Assembly (NCBI GenBank): GCA_963844715.1
Contig: CAWJPJ010000008.1
Location: forward strand, 64,001-128,000
Origin: an uncultured Phycisphaerales bacterium
GTDB taxonomy: Bacteria > Planctomycetota > Phycisphaerae > Tepidisphaerales > Tepidisphaeraceae
DNA length: 64,000 nucleotides
Direction of reading: 5' to 3'
Shown here: piece after piece, positions 63,457 through 64,000 of the stretch
Position numbering within the stretch: the stretch's first letter is position 1
How the letters are laid out: the number at the start of each line of letters is the position of its first letter
Made by a program: the position numbers and the translations under genes
The notes under the pieces: generated by a model
Told to the model about the DNA's origin: nothing
The model's input: only the letters and a program-made list of their open reading frames with translations
Database searches by the model: none

Positions 63457-64000
63457 ATGGATTTAGCCGCAACGATCGATCACACCCTCCTCAAACCCGA
63501 GGCAACCGAGGCCGACATCCGCAAACTCGCTGCCGAGCAAATCGAATTCAAATTCGCCACCGCCTGCGTGAACGGAACCTGGGTCAAACTCGCCGCCGAC
63601 TTAGGAGCCAAAGTCTGCGCAGTAGTCGGCTTTCCCCTCGGCGCCGCAAAATCCTCAATCAAAGCCGCCGAAGCCGTCGCCGCGATCGAAGACGGCGCGT
63701 CCGAAATCGATATGGTCGCGCCCCTCGGCCTTTTGCTCGACGCCAAAGACCCCCTCGTTCAAGACGACATCGCCCAAGTCGTCCGCGCCGTCAAAACCGT
63801 GCGCCGGGACGCGATCGTAAAAGTCATCCTCGAAACCGCCGCTCTCTCCGAACATCAAACCGCCGCCGCCTGCCGCGCCGCCAAAGCCGCCGGCGCGGAT
63901 TTCGTGAAGACTTCCACAGGCTTTCATCCCAAAGGCGGCGCCACAATCCAAGCCGTCCGCTGGCTCGCGAAATACGCCGCCGGAATGGGCGTCAAAGCCT
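63457..64000 (+). CDS. deoC: Deoxyribose-phosphate aldolase, partial
   Basis: MDLAATIDHTLLKPEAT, VVGFPLG, EIDMV, KVILET, ADFVKTSTGF. Confidence 0.95.
   Translation, partial: MDLAATIDHTLLKPEATEADIRKLAAEQIEFKFATACVNGTWVKLAADLGAKVCAVVGFPLGAAKSSIKAAEAVAAIEDGASEIDMVAPLGLLLDAKDPLVQDDIAQVVRAVKTVRRDAIVKVILETAALSEHQTAAACRAAKAAGADFVKTSTGFHPKGGATIQAVRWLAKYAAGMGVKA

Noticed and set aside
1..64000. tRNA, rRNA, integron or prophage
   Set aside because: No cloverleaf or rRNA signature, integrase, attC array or phage structural gene recognised by eye. A covariance-model scan was not possible.

Overview
A GC-rich bacterial chromosomal segment, most likely Planctomycetota (Phycisphaerae/Tepidisphaerales-like). 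This is inferred from an LEDRRLMS export motif, TQPTTQP linkers, an ECF sigma/Ser-Thr kinase pair and an N-methylation pilin-like gene. About 20 ordinary genes carry single-base frameshifts, which looks like uncorrected long-read indel error rather than real decay. Content: a nitrite/sulfite reductase, alkA-like glycosylase, HNH nuclease, DsbD-domain/redoxin pair, gmhA and gmhB, an orphan nuoL/nuoM-like pair, trmL, proB, several glycosyltransferases, two secreted beta-helix proteins, an arsR-arsC-aquaporin operon, a pectin/uronate locus (3 GH28, SSS transporter, uxaC, XylR-like regulator, pilin-like LamG protein), csp, a histidine kinase and deoC. There are four toxin-antitoxin cassettes and three complete IS elements with visible ends and target duplications (IS630 in vapC, IS1595 with passenger genes in the kinase, IS5 in a heptamer array). 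The most unusual feature is a four-helix-bundle (23S-IVP/Avd-like) gene with heptamer repeats. It is bracketed by two diverged 120-bp copies of the histidine kinase 3' end and lies in a patch of strong strand-specific A/C skew; similar skew patches surround other cassette sites. Several families of orphan hairpin repeats are also present. All product calls come from motif recognition by eye, not database searches.
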